Assembly (NCBI RefSeq): GCF_006345805.1
Contig: NC_042997.1
Span: 64,046,001 to 64,110,000 of the forward strand
Length of the DNA stretch: 64,000 bases
Direction: 5' to 3'
Origin: Octopus sinensis
Lineage: Eukaryota
A program made the translations under genes and the position numbers. The notes beneath the pieces are model-generated. The model ran no database searches, was not told the origin of the DNA, and saw nothing but the letters and a program-made list of their open reading frames with translations. Below are positions 40,614 through 53,510 of this stretch, piece by piece (the first letter of the stretch is position 1; each line of letters begins with the position of its first letter).

Positions 40614-41155
40614 TGACCTGATGCAGTACCAGGCAGTGGCTCCCATGGCTTCTGACCTTAACTGATTGGAAGTTTTATCATGTACGTTGTTTTGTCTTGG
40701 TATAGAGCAAATATTCTGCTCAGTACCACAGATTTGCTTGTCAGTTGTTTGACCTTAATCAGTTGAGCATGTTCCTTATGGCTGCCGATATGTGCATCTC
40801 TGATCACGAGTAGAAGTACTGGGGGAGCATCATAGCCATGTGTTGAGAGGGATTCTTTGGGGTTTGAATGATTCACTTCTGGAAACATGGGTAGTTCGTT
40901 CAACATCCTTAAACAAACCTTACTCGGGGACCTTTTGAGCGGGATGGGCTATTCGACCAGAAGAAAATTCTAACTGGGCCCCACCTGCAAGATCATGCGT
41001 TGTTTATCTTTATATGTGATCACCATGTTGCGCACATATGGTTGTGATGCATGTTCCTGGTGTACCCTTATCAGACGGGTAGTCATGATGGGTACACTGG
41101 GCTTCGCATATTTTACCCAGTTTCACTTTGATGGCATGCACAGCTCTCTCACTCA
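40614..41155 (+). mobile_element. Unclassified ~550-bp (TAA)n-embedded repeat, copy 1
   Basis: Reverse-complement homolog at 49144-49700. Both copies are flanked by (TAA)n in the same element polarity. No TIRs, ORF or tRNA head seen. Confidence 0.8.
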
Positions 41156-41176
41156 ATAATAATAATAATAATAATA

Positions 41177-41215
<39 letters not shown>

Positions 41216-41419
41216 TAATAACGAGACAGACAGACACTACTGTGATGGTGATAATGATAAAAAACAAAAATAACAATAATAAGATACTGCTGTGACTACA
41301 CATAAAACAATATCATTGATGATGATGGTGGTGATGGTGATGGTGATGATGATAATGATGATGGTAATGGTGGTGATAATGATGATAGTGATAGTAATGG
41401 TGATGATAACAATAATAAG

Positions 41420-44400
41420 CCGACTACGGCTGCTATAATGGTACGATTATAATTGTAACGGCAATGATGGCCGTCTCCCCACGAGCCAATCAAAGCTAAA
41501 AAATGATAACATTATCGTAGCACCAAAATGTTTTTGGAAACTAAAAGGAAAACTAAATCAGTATACCAAATCGCTTGTCCTATGGTTAATCTGGAAGCGC
41601 GTCCCCCAGGGAAGAGTCAGCCTGGGATCGAAAAGTCATCAACTGGCACAAACTCTTCTCCGAATACGGACATGGATGGTCACTTGAACGGGAAATCCCC
41701 CGACTCGAGCCCTCCAAGTTCACCACCACAACCACCACAGAAAGAAAAATGTAAGCGGAACAAATGGACCCGAGAAGAGTATAAAGAAGTAATATACGCT
41801 TATTACTATGCATTAGGTAGGCCATCTCAAGAGAGACACCGCAAACTCTTACAGTATATGGAGAACACGGAATCAAGACAGTAGGCCCTATTTGGACGAG
41901 AACAAATTAGCAAATGTGAGGAGGGATATCCTTAGAAATAACAGACTCACAGAAATAAGCGCGATCAAGCACGCAACGGAAAATGACATAAATATAAGAC
42001 ACAAAGGAAATGAAGAATCAGATGAACAGTATAGCCCGCCACGAGGCTTAATTGAAAGACTGCCATCTGACCAAAGTACGCAAAGGCCTGAAGATACAAG
42101 AAATTCTATTGTACCTGTTAAAGATAGCCAGGAAAACGAAAAAACAACAGTAACTGAAGATCTCGCATTTGCTGAAGAACACAGAGAGTCTATGGCAGAA
42201 ATGAGGCAGAAAATCCTGAATACGCTTGAAGTTGTAAGACATACAAGTATGAATGATAGAGAACCACTTCATAAACTCTCAAATACAAACCAAAATAAAA
42301 AACAAATCCAAATTGGCAACTATGTAACAAATGAAATAATACGAGAATTAAAACCTGATTTTACTGAGTTAAATGAAATTAATTACGCTTCTGCTAGGGC
42401 AATTGAAACCAGCTGTATGCCCCCGAAAAAACAAAGAAAACAAAACCTGGGAAGAAATCAAACCTGGAGAAGTAAAATTGAAAAAGAGATTGAATTTATG
42501 AGAGGGGAAATATCAATATTAAATGAACTAATATGTGGAAATGATGTAAGATCCAGAACAGTAAGAAAGATGAAGAGAAAATTTGGATCCTCACCAAGAG
42601 AAGAACTGATATCAATAAAAGAAACGCTGAAACAAAAAGTCCAAGCAAAAGCCCAAAGAATACGAAGATTTGAGAAGAGAAACAAGTTTTACAAGCAAAA
42701 TAAGCTGTTCACATCCAATGCCAAAAAATTCTACAGAGAAATAGGGAAAGAGAAAGTAACCGTTAAAGACCCCCCCCTCCCATGGAAGAAGTTCAAAACT
42801 TTTGGAAAAGGATTTGGAGTGACAAGAAGGCGTACAACATAAATGCAGACTGGATTATACAAACTGAAGGATCCTACCAAAATTTACAACAACAAGCATG
42901 GGAAGACATCACAATAGCAGACCTAAGAAAGGCACTCACGAAGGCCCATAATTGGAAATCCCCCGGTAAAGATAGGGTGCCGAATTTCTGGCTCGCATCG
43001 CTCCCATGCGCACACGGTAAGCTAGTTCAGCTGCTCAATGGAATTATGAGAGACCCAAAGAAAACACCAGAATGGTTAGCAAGTGGCATTACTTACCTGC
43101 TCCCAAAGAATAACGAAAACAACCTTCCAAAAAACTATCGGCCTATAACCTGTCTATCCACCACGTATAAAATCCTAACCTCTATCCTGGCGGAGAAAAC
43201 ATATGCATTCATGGAGAAGAACGATATTTTCCCCATCGAACAAAAAGGGTGCCGCCGAGGCTCTTACGGATGCAAAGATCAACTGCTAATCAATCGTATG
43301 ATCCTTGAGAACTGTCACAACAAGCGCAGAAATCTCAGCACCGCATGGATTGACTATAAAAAGGCCTTCGACAGTATACCGCATCCATGGATCTTGAGAT
43401 CGCTGGACATCTTCAAAATTTCCCCTGTGATTTCAAACTTCCTGAAGCACAATATGTCGTTGTGGAATACGAATCTCCAATTATACCACTCTAATGGAGT
43501 ACTTGCCTCAGAAAATATAAACATCAACTGTGGAATTTTTCAAGGTGACTCACTTTCACCTTTAATATTCTGCTTAGCCCTAATACCCCTTATAAGTGAA
43601 TTAAACAGAACAGGGTATGGGTATAAAATTGCCAATAAAAAAATAAGCCATCTATTTTATATGGATGACTTAAAACTTTATGGTAAAAACAATAATGAAC
43701 TTGAAGGCCTATTGCACACCGTGAAAGCATTCAGCGACGACATCGGGATGGAGTTTGGACTTGAGAAGTGTGCCAAGGCCACTTTCCAGAAAGGGAAAGT
43801 GAAGACCACAAATTCAGTCGTGTTAGATGTTGACACAGTCATAAGAGAGCTTGAGCAAGAACAAACATACATATATTTAGGGATAAATGAATGCTCTGGT
43901 ATTCAGCATGCAAGCATGAAAGAGAAGATCAGGAAGGAATGTTATAGGAGAGTTCGTGCAGTCCTGAAATTTGAACTAAATGCACGTAACAAGGTGTTAG
44001 CTATAAATTCCTTAGCAGTTCCAGTTGTTACTTATAGCTACAATGTGTTGAACTGGAATATGAGTGAAGTAAAGAATATAGATAGGAAAATACGCAAGCT
44101 GCTGAGTTGTAATAGGATGCACCACCCAAAGGCAGACGTAGATCGCCTTTACCTTCCCAGAGCCCAAGGAGGTCGAGGCGTGATCCAATTTGAACTAGCT
44201 TACAAAACAACCACAATTGGACTGGCCGAATATCTCGAAATATCGAAAGACTGGATGCTAAAGCTCGTGGAAAATCACGAGAGACGAAAGAAGCTTCATT
44301 CTATCATAAAGGAAAGCAAAAAATTTGCTATTGATCTCGTGCAGGATACCCAAACTGAACAACCCGAGGGAAGTACGGCAACTATTGTTGCAAAGAAGGT

Positions 44401-45389
44401 GAAAATGATGGCAACGAAAAAAGCGCACGAGCAATTGGCTGATAGGTGGGAGGAGAAACCTCTGCACGGCAAATATGTGACCCGCAGCAAACAAGCTGAT
44501 GTTGACCAGAAGCAAACCCATCAGTGGCTAAGGAGCTCAGGGCTAAAAGCAGAGAGCGAAGGTTTCATCCTGGCTGCTCAAGATCAAAGCCTATTAACAC
44601 GGAACTACCAGGCCAATGTGATGAAAAATGGAGCAGACCCAAAATGCCGATTCTGCAACGACATGATTGAAACAGTGGACCATCTAATCTCTGGATGTAA
44701 AGTCTTAGCACCAGTGGAGTATAAATTAAGACATGACAGAGTTGGCCAATATCTACACTGGCTAATAAGTCGGCATTACAATATCAAAACTGCCGACAAG
44801 TGGTATAATCACCACCGTGAGGCTGTAACTGAAGGAGAAAATGTAACCATTCTGTGGGACTTTCCAGTACATACAGACCGAACCATCAAGGCCAATAAAC
44901 CAGATATTGTTGTGAAAGACCAAAACAATAAAGTTTGCTTATTGATCGACATGAGCATCCCCTGTGATCATAATATCTCAGCGAAAGAGTTTGACAAGCT
45001 CAGAAAATATAAAGACCTACTCATTGAAATTGAGAAAATGTGGCATCTCAAGGCGGTTACAATACCAGTGATCGTAGGAGCACTAGGAATGATCAAGAAG
45101 GGAACCGAAAATTACATGAGAATGATCCCTGGCTTACCATCCCTGCAAGAAGTGCAAAATATTGTCTTAACTGGTACATCACACGTATTGAGAAGAGCAT
45201 TGTCGATGTGAGAACTGTTGCTGCTCAAGTATTTTAATTTAACTTTAAAAAAAAAAAAAATGAACGAACTATTGAGTTTGGTTTAATGGCCTACCAATGT
45301 ATACTATGAGTTTCTTTGCCCTAGGAGTCGGGAAGACACTCGGCAAGAAATGGAAGCAAATTTGAAAGAAGAAAAAAATAATAATAATA
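41420..45389 (+). mobile_element. Near full-length R4/Dong-clade (RLE) non-LTR retrotransposon
   Basis: One long coding region 41528-45211 broken by two frameshifts, a short 3' UTR and an A-run plus (TAA)n tail. The 5' boundary is approximate. Confidence 0.9.
41528..45211 (+). CDS. RT-RLE polyprotein (about 1227 codons if the two frameshifts near 41838 and 42775 are corrected)
   Basis: N-terminal RNKWTREEY..VIYAYY. RT motifs YRPITCL, QKGCRRG, WIDYKKAFDSIPH, GIFQGDSLSPL and YMDDLKLY. CCHC knuckle CRFC..ETVDHLISGC. RLE motif KPDIVV..LIDMSIP...KYKDL. The last 809 codons are uninterrupted. Confidence 0.9.
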
Positions 45390-45489
45390 CAGTAACCATC
45401 AGAGCAGCACAACAAAACACATCCCATACCCAAGGCACACAGAGCTGCGCTCGGTAGTGCAGTGAAAGCACGATATAAAAAAAAAAACA

Positions 45490-46700
45490 CTGAATGTGAA
45501 AGAAAAAACAAAAAAAAAATAGTACCTGCCGCGAATGAGAAAAATATTGGGTTCAAAGTTGAATGCTAGAAACATAATTTCGGCAATAAACTTGCTTCCA
45601 GTCACAGTGGCTCAGTGTGGGGCTGGAATCCTAAAGTGGACACAGGAGGATTAAAATGAGCGGACAGGAAGTCAAGAAAGCTTGTAACGATGCATGGAGT
45701 CGATCAACCACATGCCGACACTATACGACTATACAGAAAGAGAGCAAATGGAAGAAGGGGACCGATAAGCGTGCGTATCAAACTCGAGAACTTGATGTGA
45801 TTCCTATCTCAAAGTATAGAAGCCTTGCTCATGTCACTTAGAAATGAGTGGGTATTGAAAGATGAAGAAAAAAGGGAGAAACAAAGGAAGGAGTACAAAA
45901 GAGACACGAAGAAGCATTAGCCAACAAATGACTACACAAATGAATAGCCACAACTGAAGTTGCTGGTAAACATAGGTGGGATTGGGTGAGAAAAGGAACA
46001 CTGAAGAAAGAGACTGAGAGCACTATACAGACAGCGCAAGACCGAGCTTTAGAAAAGAATTGGTGGGGCAAACTTAGGAATGAAGAAATGTCTCTGCTGT
46101 GCCGCATCTATGACAGAGTGGACAAAGCATTGCCCATATCGCAACCACTACAAATTGTGGCTACATGATGAGGTAGCAAAAGTGCTACATTGGAGACTGC
46201 GAAAAGTGAAAGCTAGAGAGAGGCAAGACGTGCTATGAACACAAACTGCAGAGCATGGCAAAGTCGCATGGCTACAAAGTCCTTCGGGATTTCCCAATCA
46301 AAACAGATCAGGCGCTAGAGCATAACAAACCGACACTTGTGTTGGTGGACAAGATGCATCACATGTACTACATAGTTAATGCTACGTGCCCATTTGATCC
46401 ACGTATTGTCAAGAAGGAAGGCGAAAAATTAGACATATACAATTCTCTTAAGTACGAAATAGCACGGTCATGGGAGTGAAGAAGGTAAAGATAGTGCAAA
46501 TTATTATTGGTCCCTGGGAAACAATATCAGAAAGTATCAAGAGGAATATAAAGGAAATCGGAATAGAGTGTCCGGTAGAAATATTATAAAAGTTTGCCTC
46601 CTCGGCAAGGCCAGAATGATCAGTAAAATATTAGATACTTGAAAGGGCAGATAACACGGTGCTGTAGGGTGCAGGCAGCCAGCCTGCTACGCATGCAAGA
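45490..46700 (+). mobile_element. Older RLE-clade LINE relic (different family)
   Basis: Fragments LKKETESTIQTAQDRAL and DFPIKTDQALEHNKPTLVLVDK; ends at the (TAA)n tract at 46708. Confidence 0.7.
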
Positions 46701-46706
46701 CTACAG

Positions 46707-46983
<277 letters not shown>

Positions 46984-47039
46984 ATTATATCTAAGTCAAG
47001 TTTGTTATTCATGGTAGAATTTATGTAATTTGTTAACTA

Positions 47040-48500
47040 CATTTAAAGCACAAGGTTTCATTAAACCACAAACTTTCATTAATCATTCAAATGCTCAAAA
47101 GCCTTCTGTTAATTATTCTTATCCCTAAGAAGCAAAGTTTCTGTAGAAGCTCTACAACATATTCTGTTCCAATTTCCTTCAAACATTTGTCTATATCATT
47201 ATTCACAATTCCCAAAGCGCCAATCATTACAGGCACAAACTTTAAAGTTTTCATACCTTAGTTTTAATTACTTAGCGATTCATTTGCACATACCAGTTCC
47301 TCTCCCAAAGTAAGGAAGCCTTGCTCGTGTCACATAGAAGTGACGGATCTCTCATTGTGTTCTCTAAAAAGTTGTTTATCTCGTCATTGTCTTCTTCAAG
47401 CAACCTTACACATTCCTGCTTTTTGGGACACTGTCGTAGTCTTTCCTGTAATTTATTCACCCAACGGTTAAATTCTTCCTTACTCGTACCGCAATTAACA
47501 CGCTGTTGTATGTATACATAGCAGATCAGGAGCTCCTTTTTGCTACATCCTGTTTGCTCTTCTGGCAGTAGGTTCCCCTTTTCCAGAAAATTATTCACTT
47601 CATCTGCTATGAGGCCAGTTAACAGTTTCCAGAGTAATGGAAAGCAAGTAATAGGTCTATAATTACTGACTCTCAGCTTTGTCCTTCTGTGTCAGCACCT
47701 TCCTTCCGTTTGTTATCCATTTTCTAGGTAGTCAATAAAAAAAAAACGGTCGTATATAAGTTTTTAAACGTGTAACGATTTTGAGCCAGAAAAGTTGGAT
47801 ACCATCTGGTCCGGGGACTTTCCAGTTTGGTATTTTCTAACTATCTCTTTTACTTCTTCGTCCGTGACTTTTATATTCTTGTGTCACTGCATCTTTCATT
47901 ACTCTTTTAAATTCTCGTTAGTAGTCTCCATTTATATTATGTTGAACTTTATTGCACTAGATTTTTGCACATATCTATCTTGCTCCTTTAGCGTCCAGCA
48001 TATCATTTACTTGATTCTATATTTCATTGTTCAGTTTCTTATTTTTACATTCTTGAAGAGTTTTCTATTCTGATTTGTTCAGTATTTTTTCAATATTGAT
48101 ACATATTTTTACCTGGCTTTCCTTGGATCTTTTGTTTTAGTGCTTGTTCAACAACCTGAACTCCTTTCTGTCTTATGTTGTGTTTCCTTTAGAGTTCGTT
48201 CCTGTGTCTCTCCTTCACCTATTTCTCTATGATTGCATTCATCCGTCCAAGATCTCTTTGGTTCTCAAACCTTCATTCCCACCATGGGACTTTGTCCTTT
48301 GTTTTTCTTTCACTTTTAATCCCAAGCGGCGACAGAGTCTACGCAGTATAGGTCGTTTAGTTCTGTTATATTTTCGTTAACAGTTTATCCATCTATTTCA
48401 TTACTTTGTTTAGTTTTGCTACTTCGATTACTTTCAGAGATGGTAGCTTTTTTATTTTGCTATTTCACGCCTTATTCAGGTGTTAGTTACTTTCTTCTTC
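47040..48500 (-). mobile_element. Older RLE-clade LINE relic with internal deletion
   Basis: Minus fragments YRPITC-like, NFLEKGNLLPEEQTGC and FVPVMIGALG. Confidence 0.65.
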
Positions 48501-48944
48501 CGCAAAACACACAAAACAAATAAGAAAAGCATTACTGAGAGTGTGAAAAAGAGTGGGAGCGGCAGAATGAGGGAAAAGAACAGAATTTTGTAGCTTAGAT
48601 GTAGAAGTTTAAATAACTCGTAAAGCAGGACTGTTCTTACAGAGAGAAAAAAAAAGAAAGAAACTTAAGAAATTATTTCGATATATATATAGGGGAGATG
48701 TAGTAATTTCCATTGCGGTCTTGAGTTATCAGATTTGAGAATTCAAAAGTGAGAATTCAAAAGTGGCAAAAATTTTTCACCAGCGAAGGAGAATGCTACT
48801 TCTGTGTGTTAGAAGCCACAAAACAAAAAGGAAACATCATCACAAAGAGAGCGGGAGACAGAAAGAGGAAATACAACTGAACTAAGTAGTTTAATATACA
48901 AGTTTAAATATTTCCTAAAAATACTATTCTGTCGGAGAAAAGAA

Positions 48945-49035
<91 letters not shown>

Positions 49036-49037
49036 CC

Positions 49038-49069
<32 letters not shown>

Positions 49070-49082
49070 ATCATCATCATCA

Positions 49083-49143
<61 letters not shown>

Positions 49144-49144
<1 letters not shown>

Positions 49145-49698
49145 GAGTGAGAGAACAGTTCATGCCATCAAAGTGACACTGTGGTAAGATATACGAAGCC
49201 CAATATACCCATCATGACTACCCGTCTGATAAAGGTACACCAGGCACATGCATCACAACCATATGTGCGCGACATGGTGATCTCATATCAAGATAAACAG
49301 CACATGACCTTGCAGGTGGGGACCAGTTAGAATTTTCTTCAGGTTGAGTAGCCCATCCCGCTCAAAAGGTCCCCGAATAAGGGTTGTTTAAGGATGTTGA
49401 AAGAACCACCCATGTTTCCAGAGGTGAATTATTCAAACGCCAAAGAATCCCTCTCAACACATGGCTATGATGCTCCCCCACCACTTCTGCTCGTGATCAG
49501 AGATGCACATATCGTCAGCCACTAGGGGACATGCTCAACTGGTTAAGGTCAAACAACTGACAAGCAAATCTGTGGTATTGAGCAGAATATTTGCTGTAGC
49601 CCATCTTTTATACCAAGACAAAACAATGTACATGATAACACTTCCAATCAGTTAAGATCAGAAGCCATGAGAGCCACTGCCTGGTACTGCATCAGGGC

Positions 49699-49700
<2 letters not shown>
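49144..49700 (-). mobile_element. Unclassified ~550-bp (TAA)n-embedded repeat, copy 2
   Basis: Inverted homolog of 40614-41155; (ATT)n on both sides. Confidence 0.8.
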
Positions 49701-49753
<53 letters not shown>

Positions 49754-49773
49754 TTTATCATTACTATTATTAC

Positions 49774-50700
49774 TTTTTTTTTCTTCTTTCAAATTTGCTT
49801 CCATTTCTTGCCGAGTGTCTTCCCGACTCCTAGGGCAAAGAAACTCATAGTATACATTGGTTATTATTATTATTATTACTTTTTTTTTCTTCTTTCAAAT
49901 TTGCTTCCATTTCTTGCCGAGTGTCTTCCCGACTCCTAGGGCAAAGAAACTCATAGTATACATTGGTAGGCCATTAAACCAAACTCAGTAGTTCGTTCAT
50001 TTTTTTTTTTTTAAGTTAAATTAAAATACATAAGCAGCAACAGTTCTCACATCGACAATGCTCTTCTCATACGTGTGATGTACCAGTTAAGACAATCTTT
50101 TGCACTTCTTGCAGGGATGGTAAGCCAGGGATCATTCTCATATAATTTTCGGTTCCCTTCTTGATCATTCCTAGTGCTCCTACGATCACTGGTATTGTAA
50201 CCGCCTTGAGATGCCACATTTCTCAATTTCAATGAGTAGGTCTTTATATTTTCTGAGCTTGTCAAACTCTTTCGCTGAGATATTATGATCACAGGGGATG
50301 CTCATGTCGATCAATAAGCAAACTTTATTGTTGTGGTCTTTCACAAAAATATCTGGTTTATTGGCCTTGGTGGTTCGGTCTGTATGTACTGGAAAGTCCC
50401 ACAGAATGGTTACATTTTCTCCTTCAGTTACAGCCTCACGGTGGTGATTATACCACTTGTCGGCAGTTTGATATTGTAATGCCGACTTATAGCCAGTGTA
50501 GATATTGGCCAACTCTGTCATGTCTTAATTTATACTCCACTGGTGCTAAGACTTTATCCAGAGATTAGGTGGTCCACTGTTTCAATCATGTCGTTGCAGA
50601 ATCGGCATTTTGGGTCTGCTCCATTTTTCATCACATTGGCCTGGTAGTTCCGGGTTAATAGGCTTTGATCTTGAGCAGCCAGGATGAAACCTTCGCTCTC
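49774..50700 (-). mobile_element. Young 5'-truncated copy of the 41420-45389 LINE plus a tandem 88-bp extra 3' end
   Basis: 49880-50700 corresponds to 44552 to the 3' end with small deletions. 49774-49861 repeats the terminal ~88 bp. (TTA)n lies between and around them. Confidence 0.92.
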
Positions 50701-50710
50701 TTATTATTAC

Positions 50711-50778
<68 letters not shown>

Positions 50779-50809
50779 TATTATTATTATCATTATTGAC
50801 TTTGCACAG

Positions 50810-52085
50810 CTTCTAACGCTGGAGATGTACTACGCTACCACTTATTCAGTGCCAGTGAACTAAAGTAACACCCCTTATTTTTCGAGTACCATCCGAAGTA
50901 TTCGACTGGTTCCAAGAAGTGCTGCTTTCTGCAAGTGCTGCATCCTTACTTCAGCCCCTATTTTTTCCATATACTTCTCAAGATTTTTACTCACCGTCCC
51001 CAGGGCTCCGAAAATTATTAGTAATACTATCAACCTTTTTATTGACCATAACTGCTTAACTTTCCAAACTAACATGACATATCTATGGACTTGTTTCTCG
51101 TATGTCAAATTCCGGAATTTGCTGTTTTTGAAATTCATTTAGAAATTCCTTTGCTTGATTTTCTACTGAGCATGAGGCTATCTTGTTTTCATGTTTTGAC
51201 ACAAGTTTTAACATCCAATCCTCAGAAATTTTCGGGTCGGTGTCTAGGCCAACTGTGGTATTCTTCATTGTCAATTCCAGTTGTAAAAGTCCATGGCCTC
51301 CCTCTTTTCTTGGCAGATAAAATCGTTCAGTATCTGCCTTAGGGTGGTGCATTCTATGCATTGTCAACAATTTTCGTATTTTTCTGTCAAGATTACATAT
51401 TTCAGTAATTGAACAGTTAATGGTATTGACACCCTAAGATATGACTGGTATGGCTAAAATATTGATTGCTTCAATCCTGCTTCTTGAATTTAGCTCTGTC
51501 TTGAGCACTACTCTTATTCTGCGATAACATTCTTTTCTGACTCTTTCCCTTCAAATACCCCTAGGTATTTGTAGCCCTCCGCTGGTTATAATTCCTTTGT
51601 GGCATTCTGCAGGTCAGGTTTAACGTTAGATGTTTCTGTCATTTTTCCTTTGATACAGGTAGCTTTTGCACATTTATCGAGGCCAAATTGCATCCTGATG
51701 TCATCAATGTATTGTTTAACAATCGCTAGTATGCCCCGTAGTTGTTGGTAATTTTTTGCATTGAGCTTTAAATCATCCATGTAAATGACATGATTTATAT
51801 TTTTATCAAACATTTTGTAACCGTACTGTACATCATTGAGCAATATCAAGAGAAGTGTTAAAGCTAGACAAAAGAGGAGTGGTGATAGTCATCCTGGAAA
51901 ATGCCACATGGAATTCTTACATCTGTAGTATTAAGAGATTCATTGTCACTGTTCAAAATCAGTGTGGTTCTCCATGATCTCATACTTACTGACAAAACGT
52001 TGCGCAGAGTAGGTGCTATTTTATACATTTCCAGACATTTCTTAATCTAGTTATGTGGTAGACTATCAAAATCATTTTATAGTCG
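50810..52085 (-). mobile_element. Older RLE-clade LINE relic flanked by (TTA)n
   Basis: YMDDLKL, MHHPKADTERFYLPRKEGGHGLLQLE and GALGTVSKNL...LLGTSRILR. Confidence 0.8.
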
Positions 52086-52116
52086 ATTATTATTATTATT
52101 AACATTATTATTATTA

Positions 52117-52186
<70 letters not shown>

Positions 52187-53376
52187 TGGAATGGTATTGG
52201 TATCAAGCCACGTATTACGATGCTAGTAAAAATAGATTATCGCTACCTCCTTACACCAACATTCATATAAATGAAATAATACCTCAGAAAATCGTAAAGA
52301 ATCAACGACAAAGTCGACATTCACGTGTAAGTAATGCATTAACATTGATTTGGTGCAATGTAAGTAATGCAATGCAAATGTTCTCACTAATCATCAATTA
52401 TCTAACACGTGAAAACATCATCAATATACAAGGCAAATAAATGCTAAAAAAAGATAAATACTCCATAGAAAAAATAACAAACTTCGTTATTTGGTGGAGG
52501 AAAATTTAAATTTAATGCCAAAAATGAAAAAGAATGAAAAATAGGAATATATCAACTTGTACCGATAAAATGGATAACGGACTTTTTTTTCCTTTGATTT
52601 GGTGTCGCTTTTATCGAGATGTGAAGCAATCGACAATAAAATAGAACTCACAGAATGACTTTGTATTTTGCATGTTACAAAAGATGGGGTGAGATTTTTC
52701 CAATGAGACACTCTACTGATAATCGTTAAGCGATCAACAGATCTAAAGCAAATAGTTCATGATTACTTTGGAAGCAAAAAAGAAATGGTTTCCATAAAAT
52801 GGGTTCCAGGAGATACTAGAATAAAATAATTCTTTTGGAAGGGGAAAAGAAGAGTAAAAGAATGAGATTCAAATGAAATTTATATCACACTAGTAGTGAA
52901 CTTAACGAAAAGATAAAAATTTGGAACAACGGACATTTAATTATTTATAGATTAACAATAAAGGAGCAGTGACGGGGTGATTGGAGAGAGTTTGAAGTTT
53001 AGGTGTCAAAAAAAATCACTACCGCCAAGTACTTGCTTAGAATTCGTTGAAGAAGAGAGAAAATATCAGCAGGGTATCATAAAAGACACGACAACATTAA
53101 TGAAGACAGGATCGAAAATGAACTTATGAAAATGAAAAATACATTCGGATAAAATAAAATGACGAGATCAGTGTAAACAATCCACAGACGTAGAGATTGC
53201 TTTCCTACAATCTTGGACAAATCATTATTTTGCTTTCGTACCACAAAGAAATGTTTCGCCGATACATACTTTACAGTTATATCATAATCACAAAATTGAG
53301 AAAGCAACTGCATGCATAATATGGTCTTACATTCGTTCTACAGCTGCAGACTGAGTGTGTGACAATACTGGCGCTG

Positions 53377-53424
<48 letters not shown>

Positions 53425-53471
53425 CGTGTGTGTCTGTGTGTCTGTGTGTATTTATATATATATACAAATAC

Positions 53472-53510
<39 letters not shown>

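Noticed and set aside
41440-41620. HDV-like ribozyme at the LINE 5' end
   Set aside because: A hairpin (cgt-ctcccc-acg) and gctaa are present, but I could not build P1, P1.1 (no GG) or P2.
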